From: Chiloscyllium plagiosum | Taxonomy: Eukaryota | DNA: 64,000 nucleotides | Direction: 5' to 3' | Assembly (NCBI RefSeq): GCF_004010195.1 | Contig: NC_057719.1 | Coordinates: forward strand, 72,948,088-73,012,087 | Shown here: in pieces, positions 42,680 through 56,589 of the stretch | Layout: the number at the start of each line of letters is the position of its first letter | Position numbering within the stretch: the stretch's first letter is position 1 | Position numbers and translations under genes: made by a program | Notes under the pieces: model-generated | What the model saw: only the letters and a program-made list of their open reading frames with translations | Database searches by the model: none | What the model was told of the DNA's origin: nothing

Positions 42680-44190
42680 CACAGAGTCAGAGTTGCATAG
42701 CATGGAAACAGACCCTTTCATCCAACTTCTCCACGCCTATCAGATATCCTAAATTAATCTATTCCTTTTGCTCACATCCCTTTAAACCCGTCCTATTCAT
42801 ATACTCATCCAGATGCATTTTAAATGTTGTAATTTTATCAGCCTCCACTGCTTCCTCTTATTCCATACACATACCATCCTCTGCATGAAAAATATGTCCC
42901 TTGGTCCCTTTTATATCTTTCCAGCCTCACCTTCAACTTATACTCTCTAGTTTTGGACTCCACTACTGTGTGAAAAAGATCTTGTCTATTTACCCTATCT
43001 ATGCCCCTCAAGATTTTATAAACCTCTATAAAGTCATGCCTCAGCCACTCCAGGGAAAATAGCCCCTGCCTATTCAGCCTGTCCCTTTCGCTCAAACCTG
43101 ACAACATCCTTGTCAATCTCTTCAGAATGCTTTCAAGTTTACCAACATCTTTCTGATAGGAAGGAGACCAGAATTGAATGTGGTATTCCAAAAGTGGCCT
43201 AACCAATGTCCTGTACAGCCACAACATGACATCCCAACTCCTATGCTTAATGCACTGACCAGTAAAGGCAAGTGTACCAAACATCATTTTCTCTACCCTG
43301 TCTACCTGGCACTCCACCTTCCAAGAACTATGAACCAGCATCCCATGGTCTCTTTATTCGGTAATTCTCCCCAGGACCCTTTTATTAAGTATTCAAGTCC
43401 TACCCTAATTTGCTTTTCCAAAATGCAACACCTCAGATTTATCTAAATTAAACTCCATCTGCCACTCATCGGCCCATCTGATCAAGGTCCCATTGTACTA
43501 AGATAACACAATTGATGGTGTAGTGGACAGTGAATAAGTTTGTCATCTGCAAACTTACTAACCATACCTCCTATATTCACATCCAAATCATTTATATAAA
43601 TGACAAAAATGGGTGGACACAGCACTGATCTTTGCAGCACACTGCTGGACTTGGGGCCCCCATTCCGATAAACAATCCTCCACACCACCCTCTGTCTTCT
43701 ACCTTCAAACCAATTTTGTATCCAAATGGCTGGCTCTCCCTGGATTCCAAGTGATTTGACCTTGCTGACCAGTCTATCACGCGGAAACTTGTGGAACATC
43801 TTCAAGTTCGTATAGACAATGCCCACCGCTATATCTTCAAACTTCTTTGTCACTTCCTCAAAAACTCAATCAAGTTAGTGAGACATTACATTCCATATAC
43901 AAAATCATGTTGACTATCCCTAATACATGTAAATCCTGTCCCTCAGAATCACCTCAAACAGCTGACCTACCACTGATGTTAGGCTCATAGCTCTGACTTT
44001 TGTTTACCATTTCTTAAATAATGGTACATTAGCCACCCTGCAGGCTTCCAGCACCACACACGTGGCTATCAATGGTACAAATAGCTCAGCTGGGAGCCCA
44101 GCAATCACTCCCCTGTGTTCCAGAAAGTTTTGGGATACACCTGATTAGGTTCTGAGGATTTATCCACCTTTGTGTGTTTTAAGTGTTACA
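42680..44190 (-). mobile_element. CR1 ORF2 fragment (RT to 3' end)
   Basis: IYINDLD...SKFADD and LVRPLLEYHIQFWSP motifs. Confidence 0.82.
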
Positions 44191-45094
44191 GGAATCAATT
44201 ATTTACTATGATCACAAACACCATATATATACATCACAGGATTTATTAAATCTCCTGCAATCATATACATATAAGTAGATTGCTTCAATGTGCAATTTCT
44301 GCTACAAACTTGTGATGGTACAGTAATCATGTCTGGCTGCAACTAGAATACTGCTGATCTTGAAAACTTATTTAGTAGGTTTCAAAGAATGTTCGCAGTT
44401 GATTCAGACTTTGGAAAAACCATCAGCCCCTTCAGCAGGAATTTTCTCGACAATACTCAAAGCATGAATTACAGACCAGTTGTCAAAAAATGAGTACTCA
44501 CAAACAAAACAGCACAATTGATAATTTTCTCGTATCTTTATAAGTATTATGAAAAGCATTTGAAGAAAGTAGTTTTAAAATTTTACCAAACAATGCAGAA
44601 AGTAGTTACCAATTACATAATATGTTGGCTGGTGCATCGTATCAGATACAATTCCAAACCTTATGCAAATGGATTGGGTCCAACAGACCAGCACTGACTT
44701 GAAGCCTTTTATTAACCAGAAATAAAAAGAATGTGATCTTTGTTGAAAAGTTATAACGCACAATGTCAGTATTGTTGACAAAGCTAACATTTCTTTCCCT
44801 TCCCCATTTACCTCAGAGGAAGTGATGGTGAGCTGCTTTCTTGAACCAATGCAGTCTGGCTGGTGCTACCTCAGAAGGGTGTTGCAGTACTTTCACCTGA
44901 CAGTGAAGGAACAGAAATATAGTTCCAAGTCAGGACAGTGTGTAACCTGGAAAGAAGCCCAAGGATAGCAGTATTCCCACACCTCTGCTTCTTTTGTCCT
45001 CTGGATGGTAGAAGTCAAGGGTTTGAAAATTTTGCCACTGTATCAGTAGCAGAAGTAGAAGTGCTAATTCGGCAGGCTGCTATGTCATAGACAT

Positions 45095-45950
45095 CCATAG
45101 CACACAAAAAGGCACTTCAGCCAATCAGGTCTCCACCAGTCAAAAACTGCTACCTAAAAATTATAATCTCATTTTCCAATATTTGGCCCATCATCTTGTA
45201 TGCTTTGGCAATGCAAGTGCACACCTAAACACTTCTTTACACTTATGAGTGCTTCTGTCTCTACAACTCTTATAGACAGTGAGTTCCAGATTCCCACCAG
45301 CATCCCCTTTAAACCTCCTGCCCCTTAATTTAAATCTGTGGCCCCAGTCACTGATCCTTCAAACTACAGGAAAATGTTCCTTCACGTCTATCCTATCTGT
45401 GCCCTTCAAACTTTTATACATCTCAATCAGGTCCCTACTCAGTCTCTTCAGCTCCAAGGAAAATTATCTCTGTCTGTCCAATCTCTCTTCATCTTTCAAA
45501 CTCCCTCACCCAGCCAACATCCTGGTAAATCTCTGCACCCTCCAGTGCAGTCACATCCCTTCTATAATGCAGATTCCAGAACTGCACACAATACACTAGC
45601 TGTGACCTAACCAATGTTTTATGCAGTTTCAACATTACCTTCCTGCTCTTAAACTCAATGTCTTGGCTAATAAAAGAAAGAATCCCATTTGCATTCTTAA
45701 CCACATTATTAACCTGTCCTGATACATTAATAGTCCAGTGGGCATACACACGATGATCCCTCTGAACCTAAATGCTTCTCATGTCCTACTATTTATCATG
45801 TGTTTCCTCACCTTATTTGTTCTGCCTGGTCCTACCCCACACTTAGCTGATTGAATTTCATTTGCCCACTGATCAGCCCATCTATATCTTCCTGTTCTTC
45901 TTACCACCCCAACAATTTTTGTATCTTCTATGAATTTAATGTGCAAACTT
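45095..45950 (-). mobile_element. CR1 3' fragment
   Basis: LVRSQLVYCVQFW motif. Confidence 0.7.
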
Positions 45951-47599
45951 ACTGTCTTGGATGCTGTTGAAATTTGAGTGTTGTTGCCTATCATCCAGGC
46001 AGATAGAGGGCTCTCCATCACAATCTTGTATTGTGTCTAGTGAATGAGGACATGAGTTACTTGTCTCATTGTTCATAGGAAATGATAGCCACAACTTTTA
46101 TATGGCTGGTGTGGTTAAGTTTCTGGATGTTTTTAAGTGGGATATCAGCAACTGTACTGCTATAGAATGTCAACGTGAAGGTGGGATTCATTTGATACTG
46201 TTGAAATAGTTTTTGGAAATCATGAGCTTACACCTTAAGAGCAGAATGAAGAAAATACAATATGTTCCACTGAAACCTTCAACACAAACCACCAATCTTA
46301 TCAAGATAAAATCACTCAAACAACAGGCAACAGATTATCAATTATATCAATTTTATCAATATTTTGGCAACATAAAAACCATTTTAATCCTTAGGGAAAG
46401 CGCCAAGTTTTAAAATGGACAACAAACTCAAAGCTGATGTTTCACAGATAACAATGAACAATCTCTTTAACATATGAAATATCAATGTCAAATAAATGTG
46501 AAGCTTAGTGCATTTTTAAAAAATGCTTCAAATTGCTTTTCAAACGTTTCTCATCTCATTAGAGTGGCACTGGCCAATTCATATCCTCCATGATATTCTT
46601 CTTTTGAAAGTCAATGGTTAACAGTTCTTACATCAACACCAGATGCCAGAAAAAAACTCTCCTCCATCTTCCCCACCCACCCTAACCATGTAAAAGAAAA
46701 TAACATTCCCACAAATGTCTGTATACAAAAAATGGCTGCTGCAAGTTCAATACAGTGTGTACCATTGGCAGTAATACACCATTACAGGAATAAATTTGAC
46801 CTGAACTACTTGCTTGAAATTGTTTATGGAAAACCACCTGCTACTGAAAATCACATCTCAATTCACTTATGTGAAACATTCTTGATCAACATATTGCCAA
46901 TTATATCCAAAAAGAATGGATCACAGCAAAAAATATTTAAATAAGCTAAAAATATTTTCCTTTCCTAACGTTAAAAAACAGGGGACATCAATTTCAGCAA
47001 AGGACAAATTATAGAGGGCTTCTAAGGAAGATTTTTTTCAGCTGAAAGGAATGGATATCTTGAGCTCAGTGCCTAAAATGGCTGGTAGAGGCAGGAACCA
47101 TCACAACATTTAAGTTGTATTTAGACACTTACTTGAAGCGTCACAGCATACAAGGCTATGGGCCAAGTGCTGGAGCATAGTCGGAATGTCGATCCGTGAT
47201 TGATAACCAACATAGACACGATGGGCTGGCGAATTGTAAGACTCTAACCTACCTAATTGTGTTTCACCATTGAACTACTTCCCTTCTGCCCCCTTTTCAC
47301 ACGGATCTTAAACTAGTGTTTGCAACTTCTGCAAAAACTGTCAACTAATTCAGGTTAAAACTCAAAAGACCTATTAATTGTGATAAACTGATCCACAAAC
47401 TGGGCAAATTAGCAATGCTATGCGGTAGTTTGCAATCTGCGCCTATAATTGACAGAATATTTGCAGAATCGCTATAAAATATCGAAGTTTTATTTCTCAA
47501 ATCGACCTTTACCCACTGACATAAACTTCCTGACGCCCAACCCTGTAATGACTGGCACAGTGGTTAATTGAGACAGCAATATGCCGAGGTTTCTTAATG

Positions 47600-48330
47600 G
47601 ATCCACTTGGGCACTAGCGCCGCAGAGAGTAGGTTTGCACTAGTTGATGCATGGCACTGTCAGCTTCTACAGTCCCGCCACTTGTGCAGCTTCCACCGGG
47701 GAGGGGGACAGCCTCCGCCCGGACCCTAACCAGGGGCTCCTGTCTGTTGTAAGCCTTCAATCCGCTTCCTCTGGGCAAGCCCAGTCGAATTTCAGCCATT
47801 GGTTTGGCTTTAGGAAACGAAGGACGGGACTGAGATGGACAGAGGGCGAAGCACTCTTTTCCAACAACAACCCGACGATTTTAAAAAGTGAGGGCCCTCT
47901 CTGCAATCTCAGCCATACTCTGGCTCTGTCCACTTGCCTGCACAGAGACCGATTGCTCCCTGCAGTGTATTTCGTCCCCAGGTTTCTCGGTGAACGGCAG
48001 CCAATGCCCCTGGAGTTTAAACGGCCCCTGAGAATCGCCCTCCCAGGCCCCACTGCTCACCTCCTCCTGGTAACAGCAACCGTCCGTAACTAAGGGCCAG
48101 CCGAGCTCTGAGCGATCGAACAACCCCAGCAGCCAATTGAGCTCCGAGCGATCGAACGGCTCCAGCGGCCAGCCGAACCCCGAGCGATCGGATAATGCAG
48201 AAGGTTCGGCTGTAAGTGAGCGTCTGAAGTTCTGACGCAGAGGATTCTGCGAGAATCGCCCAAGTAGTTGAAATGTGGAATGGGCAATCACCGTGCGCCT
48301 GAAACCCTCTAGGGGAAAAAGTCCCAAACT
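47600..48330 (-). promoter_or_regulatory. CpG-rich putative HEATR5A promoter and non-coding exon 1 (candidate donor GAG|GTGAGC at 48061/48060)
   Basis: Non-repeat CpG-dense patch between DTD2 and the first HEATR5A coding exon, with a strong minus-strand splice donor. The transcription start is not determinable from sequence. Confidence 0.6.
48095..48202. repeat. Three-copy 36-bp tandem repeat, each unit containing GAGCGATCG
   Basis: Units at 48095-48130, 48131-48166 and 48167-48202, aligned by eye. Confidence 0.85.
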
Positions 48331-51114
48331 CTTCCGCCTTACTTAATAATTAGCCAGTAAAAGTTAGACACATTAAACCCAGTCGAATTCCTGGGGTTGT
48401 GGATAGGCTGCGCTTGTTTTCCTTAGAATGCTGAGGGAGAACCCCCTTAGAAGCACCAACAACCAAGGGCACGGATACAAGGTCAGCAGCGGGAGTTTTA
48501 GAAGTGTTTGAAGACTATTTTCCCCCCTACCCACTGTGGTGGGTATCTGCAACTTGCTAAGGTACAGACGGGAGCCGTCCAGACATTTCTGATGATCATT
48601 TGAAACATTATAGCACGCAATGCTCGGTGTAGGAAAACGTAATTAGATTTGATGCTTGATGACTGGTGCCGACATGATGTGCTAAAAGGACCTTTCTTCA
48701 TGTTCAGGGACACGATGAGGGAATCTACTGTTCATAGACTGCAAGTGGACCCTGCCCAAGCATGTTGCAGCACCGGTAGTAATAGAACGTTAGTACTTCC
48801 AAATAAATCTGTTGGGAGTATAACCTGGTGTTGTGTGATTTTCAACTTTGTCCAACACCGGCACCTCCTCGCATTGGAGGCAGTGGTGACAGGCGGAGAT
48901 TGGAAGTGGTCGCTTTTGGCTGCAAGCACTCCGCTCCTCCCAAAACTCCAGTCTGTGGCTTTGCTAGGGTACCTGCATAGAGAAAACTTCAAATTTCAGC
49001 TGTGGACCTTTCTCATTCCTTTTGGCTTAGTTTCCTTTATTTCTGCTGTTATTTTCTCTTTTATTCCGGTTTTGTAATCATGTGTAACCAAGATGGCTCT
49101 GGAGAATGGCAACTATGTACACTTTTCAGTGTACTCTTGTATTTCAATATTTGAGGACTTGTGGCAATAAATTGTAATTCTACCGCATCGTTTACCTTCT
49201 CTCAATAGCTACTGAAGTGCCTTAAGAACCTTTTAAACACCAAAATGGTAACAACTGCTGCAAATTGGAGTTTCATTTCAGTGTCAATTCACTCTACTGT
49301 TGTCTGCATAGATGTTTATATACTGGAATGCGCTGACGATTTGGGCTATTATGAGAAATGAGTGCAATGACCAGTTTTGCAAGTTGAACATTCTTTCAAT
49401 AAATTAGAACTCAGGTGTCATGTACAATAGTCAACATTTTCCAAAATTAACTGGAAAAAATAGTTGATCACAAAATAACAGAAGCCAGGAGGAGGCTATT
49501 CATCCCACTGCATTCTCTGGATTCCGTGAAAGGACATTTGTTTGAAGACAGCTGTGCAATCAATCAGATAGAACTACAAGATCACAATGGACAGGACAAT
49601 GTGTCAGAATGCCAAACTGCTTCTTCTCTACCAGGTCTATTTTCTTTACTCAAATGACAAAAGGCCAAAAAAAGCTACACTCCAGAACCTTTCATGGAAG
49701 CAAAGCAGGATTATCAACTGGAAGGAGTTTCTTGTCACTTGTTTAAAACTGCAACAACTTATGCATCCAACTGAAGCACAGTTCGAGTTTAGACGTAATA
49801 ATGACTAAAGGCAGCATAAGAACAGAAGCAATATTACATTCCTTATCCAATTTTGTTGAGACATCCTTCTTCCATCAGCCAAGAGATTTGGTTAATTTAC
49901 TTGCATGGAGACCCACAACAGAAACTCTGCACAAGCATTATGCTGAAGTCAAGGGAACAACATTCTTCATAGCAATAGCTTGTGTCCCATTTCCCCCACA
50001 GTATGAATGTTCTCTTTCAGATATCGATCCAATTCCCTCTTGAATGTTTTGATTGAACATGTTTCCACCACACTCCGGCTACACACTGCAAATTCAAACC
50101 TCTCAAGCTGCTGTTGCTTCTTTGACACATTAAATTTGTCCCCCCCCTCAATGTATTGGGAATAGATTCTCCCTATCTGCATGATCCAGGCACTTCAAGA
50201 TTTTGAATAACTATCAAACTTTGTCTCAATATTCTCTTTCCAAGGAAAACAATCCCAATTGCTCCAATATATTGCTACAAGTTCCTCATTCTGGAACCAT
50301 TCTTGTAAATCTCCCCCTATTGATTTCACATCTTTCCTAAAGAACTTGTTTCCTATTCTCTTTAAGAGATAAACACCAGTCAAAAATGTATCCTGATTTG
50401 CTGCCTATTATCATGCTGTGTAAGTTTACCCCACTTCTTTCCACTCATAAATGGATGTTTTACTGCCTAATAAGTTATAACTGTGGGCAAGAAATCCAGC
50501 TGTAGTTGAGAGTTGGGCTGGGAAGTAAACTTTTAAATGGCAAATACCAAAACCAGTTCTCTTTTGTAGTCACTGCCGTGGTCCAAAGATTTATTTGGAG
50601 GGATTTTCAGGTTAACAAAGACATTTGTGGTCATCCTTTTCTGCTTTAAATACTTATCTCAAAATGAATAAGTAAGTCTCTATGTGAAATCTCCAGTATT
50701 GCCTCATTAAATTAAACCCTGGTCAATGATAATCTAGTAAAATAGTTATTGCAAATTTAACTGTACACGGTCTGTGTCATGATGTTTAAAATCTGCTACC
50801 ATCATTGTTATCAGGCAAAAGAAATATGTTGAGTGAACTGCCAGGCAGGGAGGGGCAGAAGAGTGAAGTGCCCAGAAAGTAATGTTAGATTGGGATCCTG
50901 ACATCATTCCGTCGTCTTCCATGTTTCAAGGGCAGATTCTAAGGTAAAGGGAACCACCTTGAATCTGTCGAGAAATTAATTAAGATATTTAAAATAATTA
51001 AATACTGTTGCCGTTCAATTAATTGCCAGGGCACGTTTGTTGACTTGAGTAGCCCGACAAGGTCATTGAAGCAAGTGAACAACATTGGGAGCCTGCCTGA
51101 GTGAGAGTGAAAAG

Positions 51115-51144
51115 TGTTATGAAGGTGAAGGCATATACTGTACC

Positions 51145-51175
<31 letters not shown>

Positions 51176-51900
51176 ATGCTCTTCTGATCTGAGAGATTAC
51201 AAGCACCTGTGTATATAACTGGATGACAGTCTCAGTGTTCTGGAAAATTGAAAATAGGGAACATTTGGCTGTGAAATGGATATCTGACTTTTGGTTGCTG
51301 TTTTGATAACAATTCGAATTTAACCAGTTTAAATTTATGCCCCACGACACTAAAACCCAATCATTCTTCCAACATCAAACCCATGACAAGATCCAATGTT
51401 CGGTATAAGAACACAGACATTTTAAAAATTGGTCAGAGAGCAATTGCCGGAGAGAAAGAAATTGCTGGACAGCTAACTGCCAATCTAACATCTTGCTCTC
51501 AAAGAAATTAGAAAACACTCTCTATTACATGTGAAACATACTCACAGTAAAAAGAAATACAATGACACAAGGAGATCAGCAGAAGAGTGAAGGTACAGAA
51601 GAAAACAAAGACTGTGTGCATTTGCAATTACGGTCATGTAATTTTAATAAGTGTCTTATTGGAACAGCATTTTTATAGAGTTGGATTTAGATTGTAAATT
51701 GTTAAGAGAAAGGGGGACTTGGATTTGTGTTTTTTTTGTTTAATGTTCACTATTAGAAAAATAAATTGATATTTTTTTCTTTAAATAGTGGAATTCGGGA
51801 GTTCTCAGTCACTCATATTATAGCAGATTATGAGGCAAGGTGAGCTTTTCTGCATGTTTAGTTTAATTAATAGAGGGGTTCAACCTACCATTTCATTACA
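51115..51900 (+). mobile_element. Solo LTR (Gypsy-like 4-bp TSD)
   Basis: TGTTATGAA...TTCATTACA inverted termini; TSD AAAG (51111-51114, 51901-51904); AATAAA at ~51760; internal (GA)n. Confidence 0.7.
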
Positions 51901-52479
51901 AAAGCAACACAGTTACATCTAAGGATTCCAGACATAGCCAGCCACTCATCTGTCATGTGTCCCAGACATTCTGGATCATCACTGCACTGTTTTGAGGTAG
52001 AAGGAACCACATATTTGACTTCCTTTGACACTTTCATCCAAGATTGCTTGGTTGGGGAGAGGATTCTTCTCCTTGGAGGCATTCCCCTCAATGCGGCCCC
52101 TTAAATCCCACAGCAGAATCTGTAGGAAGACAGAGACTTGAGGTCCATCTCTCCCTGATTGTGGCCCCACTCTCACGGCTGCTGCAGCCTTAAACATTCA
52201 AAGTACTCCAAGTCATTCCAACCCACATCATGGTCCCTTTTATTAGAATTCCTTCCTTGAACAGAATGGACACATTATCCTGGCCACCCTTTGTCATGTC
52301 AGGCAGGACGCCTTTGTTCAGGAAAAAGGCCTCAACAAAATTTGTTCATTGGTAATGTTTTTGACAGCTTGGTTGGGACTAAGTGTGAAGCATTCCACTT
52401 ACGATATTGAAGTATGATAGATCTAATCAGTTACTTTTCTAATAGCTGGAGTTAAAGCATTTTAATTGAGGTAATTACA

Positions 52480-52866
52480 GCCATAGAGAGGTAAAGCAAG
52501 GAAACAGACTCTTCAGTCCAATCATCCATGCCGATCAGATATCCTAAATTAATCTAGTCCCATTTGTTAGCACTTGGCCCATATCCTTCTAAATTCTTCC
52601 TATTCACATACTCATCCAATGTCTTTTAAAATGTTATAATTGTACCTGCCTGCACCAGTTCCTCAGCCAGCTCATTCCATACACGCACCACACTCTGTGA
52701 AAAAGTTGCACCTTAGGTCCCTTTTAAATCTTTCCCCTCTCACCTTAAACTTATGCCCTCTAGTTCTGGATTCACCCAACCGAGGGAAAAGACCTTGTCT
52801 ATTTATGCTATCCTTGCTCCTCATGATTTGATAAACCTTGCAAAGGTCACCCCTCAGCCTCCGACG
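52480..52866 (-). mobile_element. CR1 3' end
   Basis: Reverse complement of the subfamily at 2386 and 5104. Confidence 0.8.
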
Positions 52867-53055
52867 TTATTCAAACATTTTATCCAAAACTGCTAAATAA
52901 AATGTAATTCAAGATGAAGCAGAGTTCAAATAACAGCAGAGGGTTTCAGTTACAAGATGCTTGACCCGATTAAGGAAAAAACAGCACACTTGACTGGGAC
53001 CACATCCACAGACAGCCTGTCCCTCCACCACTGACACACCATAGTAGTGTGCATT

Positions 53056-53367
53056 ACACGGTGGCTCAGTGGTTAGCACTGCTGACTCACAGCACCAGGG
53101 ACCTGGGTTCGATTCCAGCCTCTGGCGACTGTCTGCGTGGAGTTTGCACATTCTCCCTGTGTCTGCATGGGTTCCCTCCGGGTGCTCTGGTCTCCTCCCA
53201 CAGTCCAAAGATGTGTGGGCCAGGTGATTTAGCCATGCTAAATTGCCCATAGTGATAAGTGCATTAGTAGAGAGTAGGTGCATGGGTCTGGGTGGGTTGC
53301 TCTTCGAAGGGTTGGTATGGACCTGTTGGGCTGAAGAGTCTGTTTCTGTACTGTTGGTAATCTAATA
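53056..53367 (+). mobile_element. tRNA-derived SINE (HE1/V-SINE-like)
   Basis: TGGCTCAGTGG A box and GGTTCGATTCC B box; same body as the copy at 34731. Confidence 0.85.
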
Positions 53368-53838
53368 GGTGCAGAACTTAACCAGGGCTCCTTGGACATC
53401 ATCTTTCCAACACACACCCGCTTCCATCTCACAGGAGGAGGGCAACAGATACAGAGACACACCATCACGAGCACATTCCCTTCCAAACCATCACGTCCCG
53501 ATTTGGAAATTTATCAACGTTCCTTCAGTGTGGTTGGGTCAAAATTCAAGAACTCCCTCCCCAAAAGCATTGTGGGTCTACCTACAGCAAATAGACTGCA
53601 GCAGATCACAATCACTTTCTCAGCAGCAGCTACAGATGGACAATAAATGCTGTTGAACCATTGATGCCCACATCCCAGAAATGAACAATCAAAATTGTCA
53701 GTCTCTGAGAAGCAAAATGCAATCTTGTAGTAACAGTGGTCTAATTCACTGCAATTCCATTTTAAAACTAGAGACTTTACACACATCAAAAGAAAAATAA
53801 TAACTCTTATACACATTTCTGAATTGTGAAATCATGTT

Positions 53839-54164
53839 TTAAAATTCAATCAAGTGAGTATATGGTCCATTGGTATCCATTTGCAGCACTTGTCTGATCC
53901 CATAGGTCCCATGCCTGACCACAACTCCAGCTTCAGCACATTTAGTATTTGAGGCAAATTCCTTTTCACATACAGCAACAAAGTATTCATAAAGTTCTTT
54001 TCCTTCCTCTTTTCCAATGTTATAATGGTACTGCATGCTACGCCCCTTGAGTTTGCCACCCAATGTGGCCTGAGGTATAATGATAACATTAGCAGGTAGA
54101 TCCAGCATTGACACATAGTTGCCTTCATTGCTCTCACACAGCTTCACATTCAACAGCGTATTGA
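53839..54164 (-). CDS. DTD2: DTD2 exon 3 (NTLLNVKL...PQATLGG...[12 protein letters not shown])
   Basis: CTACAG acceptor; ATD signature motifs PQATL and TNGPYTH; TAA stop. Total CDS is 486 nt, or 161 aa. Confidence 0.96.
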
Positions 54165-56589
54165 CTGTAGCAGGGAAAAATAAACAAAAGCTTACTATGT
54201 GCAGTACATTCATAACCCTAACTGCTTAACTTCCCTATACTTTATCAAATCTATTGGAACAAATTTAAAGAGACACTGTTACTTCAGTTGGTTGGATGGC
54301 CAGAGTGTGGATTAGAATAACACCATTAAGGTTGAGGAAGACCTGGTTCTTGCATTATGACCTGTTTCTGAAAATGTAAGGCACCGAACCACCATAAGAA
54401 ACAGCCATGAAAAGTGGCCCAAAATGAAGCATTAGCAGACAATGAGCCATGGACTTGTCTTTGGCAAAGCACACATGGATTAGAACAACTAAGTATCCAA
54501 TTCACACTTGAATTCTATTAAATATTACATTCAAATTATAACAACTGAGCATTCTTATAACTTTAAAATTTAAACATTTTGACTCAATCTGTTTGTAGAT
54601 CTATTTTCCCCAAGACTATACTTGATCCATTCCTTTCAATAAACCTTATTTTGTGCTTATCAATAGGAGGTATATTAGAATAAAAAAACCTGAATACTTC
54701 CATTTCAGCCACCCATTGTTCATGGGTCAAATGCTGAAGTAATTACCCGTCACTACACTAACTCACCTCTGAACTTGCATGCTAGCTTTTTCTGATTTAT
54801 ACAGGAGGACACAGAAACATGTGTTGTAGCTTTCTCCGTTTAAATAATATTCAGCTTACTTACTCTTCATGCCAAAATGCATGACTTCACATTTTCCTGC
54901 ATTATTTTCCATCTGCCAGGTGTTTGTTCACTCACCTGACTTGCACATATGCCTTTGCAGACTGTGTGATCCTCTGATTTGCTTTTCCACTAGTTTTTGT
55001 GCAAACCTGGCAATAGAAAATTCACTTCCCTCATCCAAATCATTAATAGATGTTGTAAATAATTGTGGTCCCAGCACTGATCTCTAAGATATTCTGCAGT
55101 TACAGATTGCCATCCTGAATATCTTCTATCCATATAAATATACTACCCCAACACTATGAGCTCTTTTCACTTTGTATATTGCAAAGTTATGAGCGCCTCC
55201 AACTGTGAAAAGTAATCCAAGTATGTATTCAACACCAATGTGACTTCTTGGTTCCCTATTGTTTCCCCAGCCTCATTGCCTTAAGAGTTATGTTCTGGCC
55301 TCTCTCGTCCATTTTATATTTTTTTTAATAAACTCTTGCCGTCTATCTTGATAATACTTGCAAGTTTCCCCTCAAACGATTTTTCTCTTTTTTTTTGGTC
55401 ATTTTTGTTGTTTGCTTTTAAAACTTTCCCAATCCTCTGGCTGATCACTCAGCTTTGGTACATAGTATTTCTTTTCTTTCAATTTGATACTGTCATTAAC
55501 TTTCCAGGTCGATCATAGTTAGTGTATCCACTTCCAAGAACCCTGCTTTCTCATTGGAATATTGTTGTATGTCATGGACTATTTCACTTATCTCCTCCGT
55601 GATTGTTGACTTACACTAGTCTCTGGTTAAGTGACATGTTGATTTTAAAATGTTTCCAATTCCCTCCAGAGCCTTGTTCCCACATCACTCCCCCCCCACC
55701 CCATTCCATCGTTGTAGTCACTTCCAGTCCCACAAGCCTTTAAAATGTCTGTGATCCTAAAATTTTTGTCTCTTGCACACACATCATTTTAATTACTTCA
55801 TCATCAGTGGCTTTGCATTCAGTTGCCGAAACCATCAGCTTATCCTCCTGACACCTCTCCAGCAATTTAATTTGCTTTCCTCCTTAAAGGCACTTCTTAC
55901 TAGCTACATCTTTACCAAGCTTAGGGGCATCTGACCTTACAGTTCCTTATGTAATGGTATCAAATTTTGTTTCATTACAGCAAAGTAACACAAAATAAAT
56001 TGGAGAGGCTTCAAAATCAAAAAGGTAATTTTCTTCAACAAGAGATCTGTCAGAAATATTAAAAAAGTGAAATTGAAATCTGCAGGGACTTCTTAACTAA
56101 ATTGGAATTTTTCCAATTGTTTCTTTTATAATACATGAAAATACCTTTATATATCTTTTTCTAATTTCTGTCGTACCCAGTCAAGTTCAAGATGGCCATA
56201 AACTAACCTTCTGTCAGGAGTCCTACTCACACTAAACTGCTGACCACTAAATTTCTCTGCTGGCCCCATAGAGGCTGATATTCTTCACAGATTTTTCATA
56301 AGTACTGAAACCCTCCTGTTCAAATCTGCCATAAATCACTCTCCATCTTAAGAAAAAAACCTCAACCCTCTTTATCCTGACTAACTTCCACCACTTTATT
56401 TTCCTCTCCAAAAGTTCTCCAGACATATTGTTGATTTCCAAATTAGCAATTGTTTTCACATTTCCACAAACCTTGACATCATTCTCCCTTTTTTTGAAAC
56501 AGTTGGTCAGTTTGACCAATAATTTACTGACTTATTCCAAGATTCACTGTGGCTCCTTGGCAATTTTACCATTGTTCCTTTCAAAGATA

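Noticed and set aside
48095..48202. CRISPR-like periodic repeat
   Set aside because: Whole units are similar, so there are no unique spacers. The context is vertebrate and there are no cas genes.
47644..48327. ORFs of ~150 aa on both strands in the CpG-rich region
   Set aside because: No recognisable domain; explained by high GC content and the 36-bp repeat.
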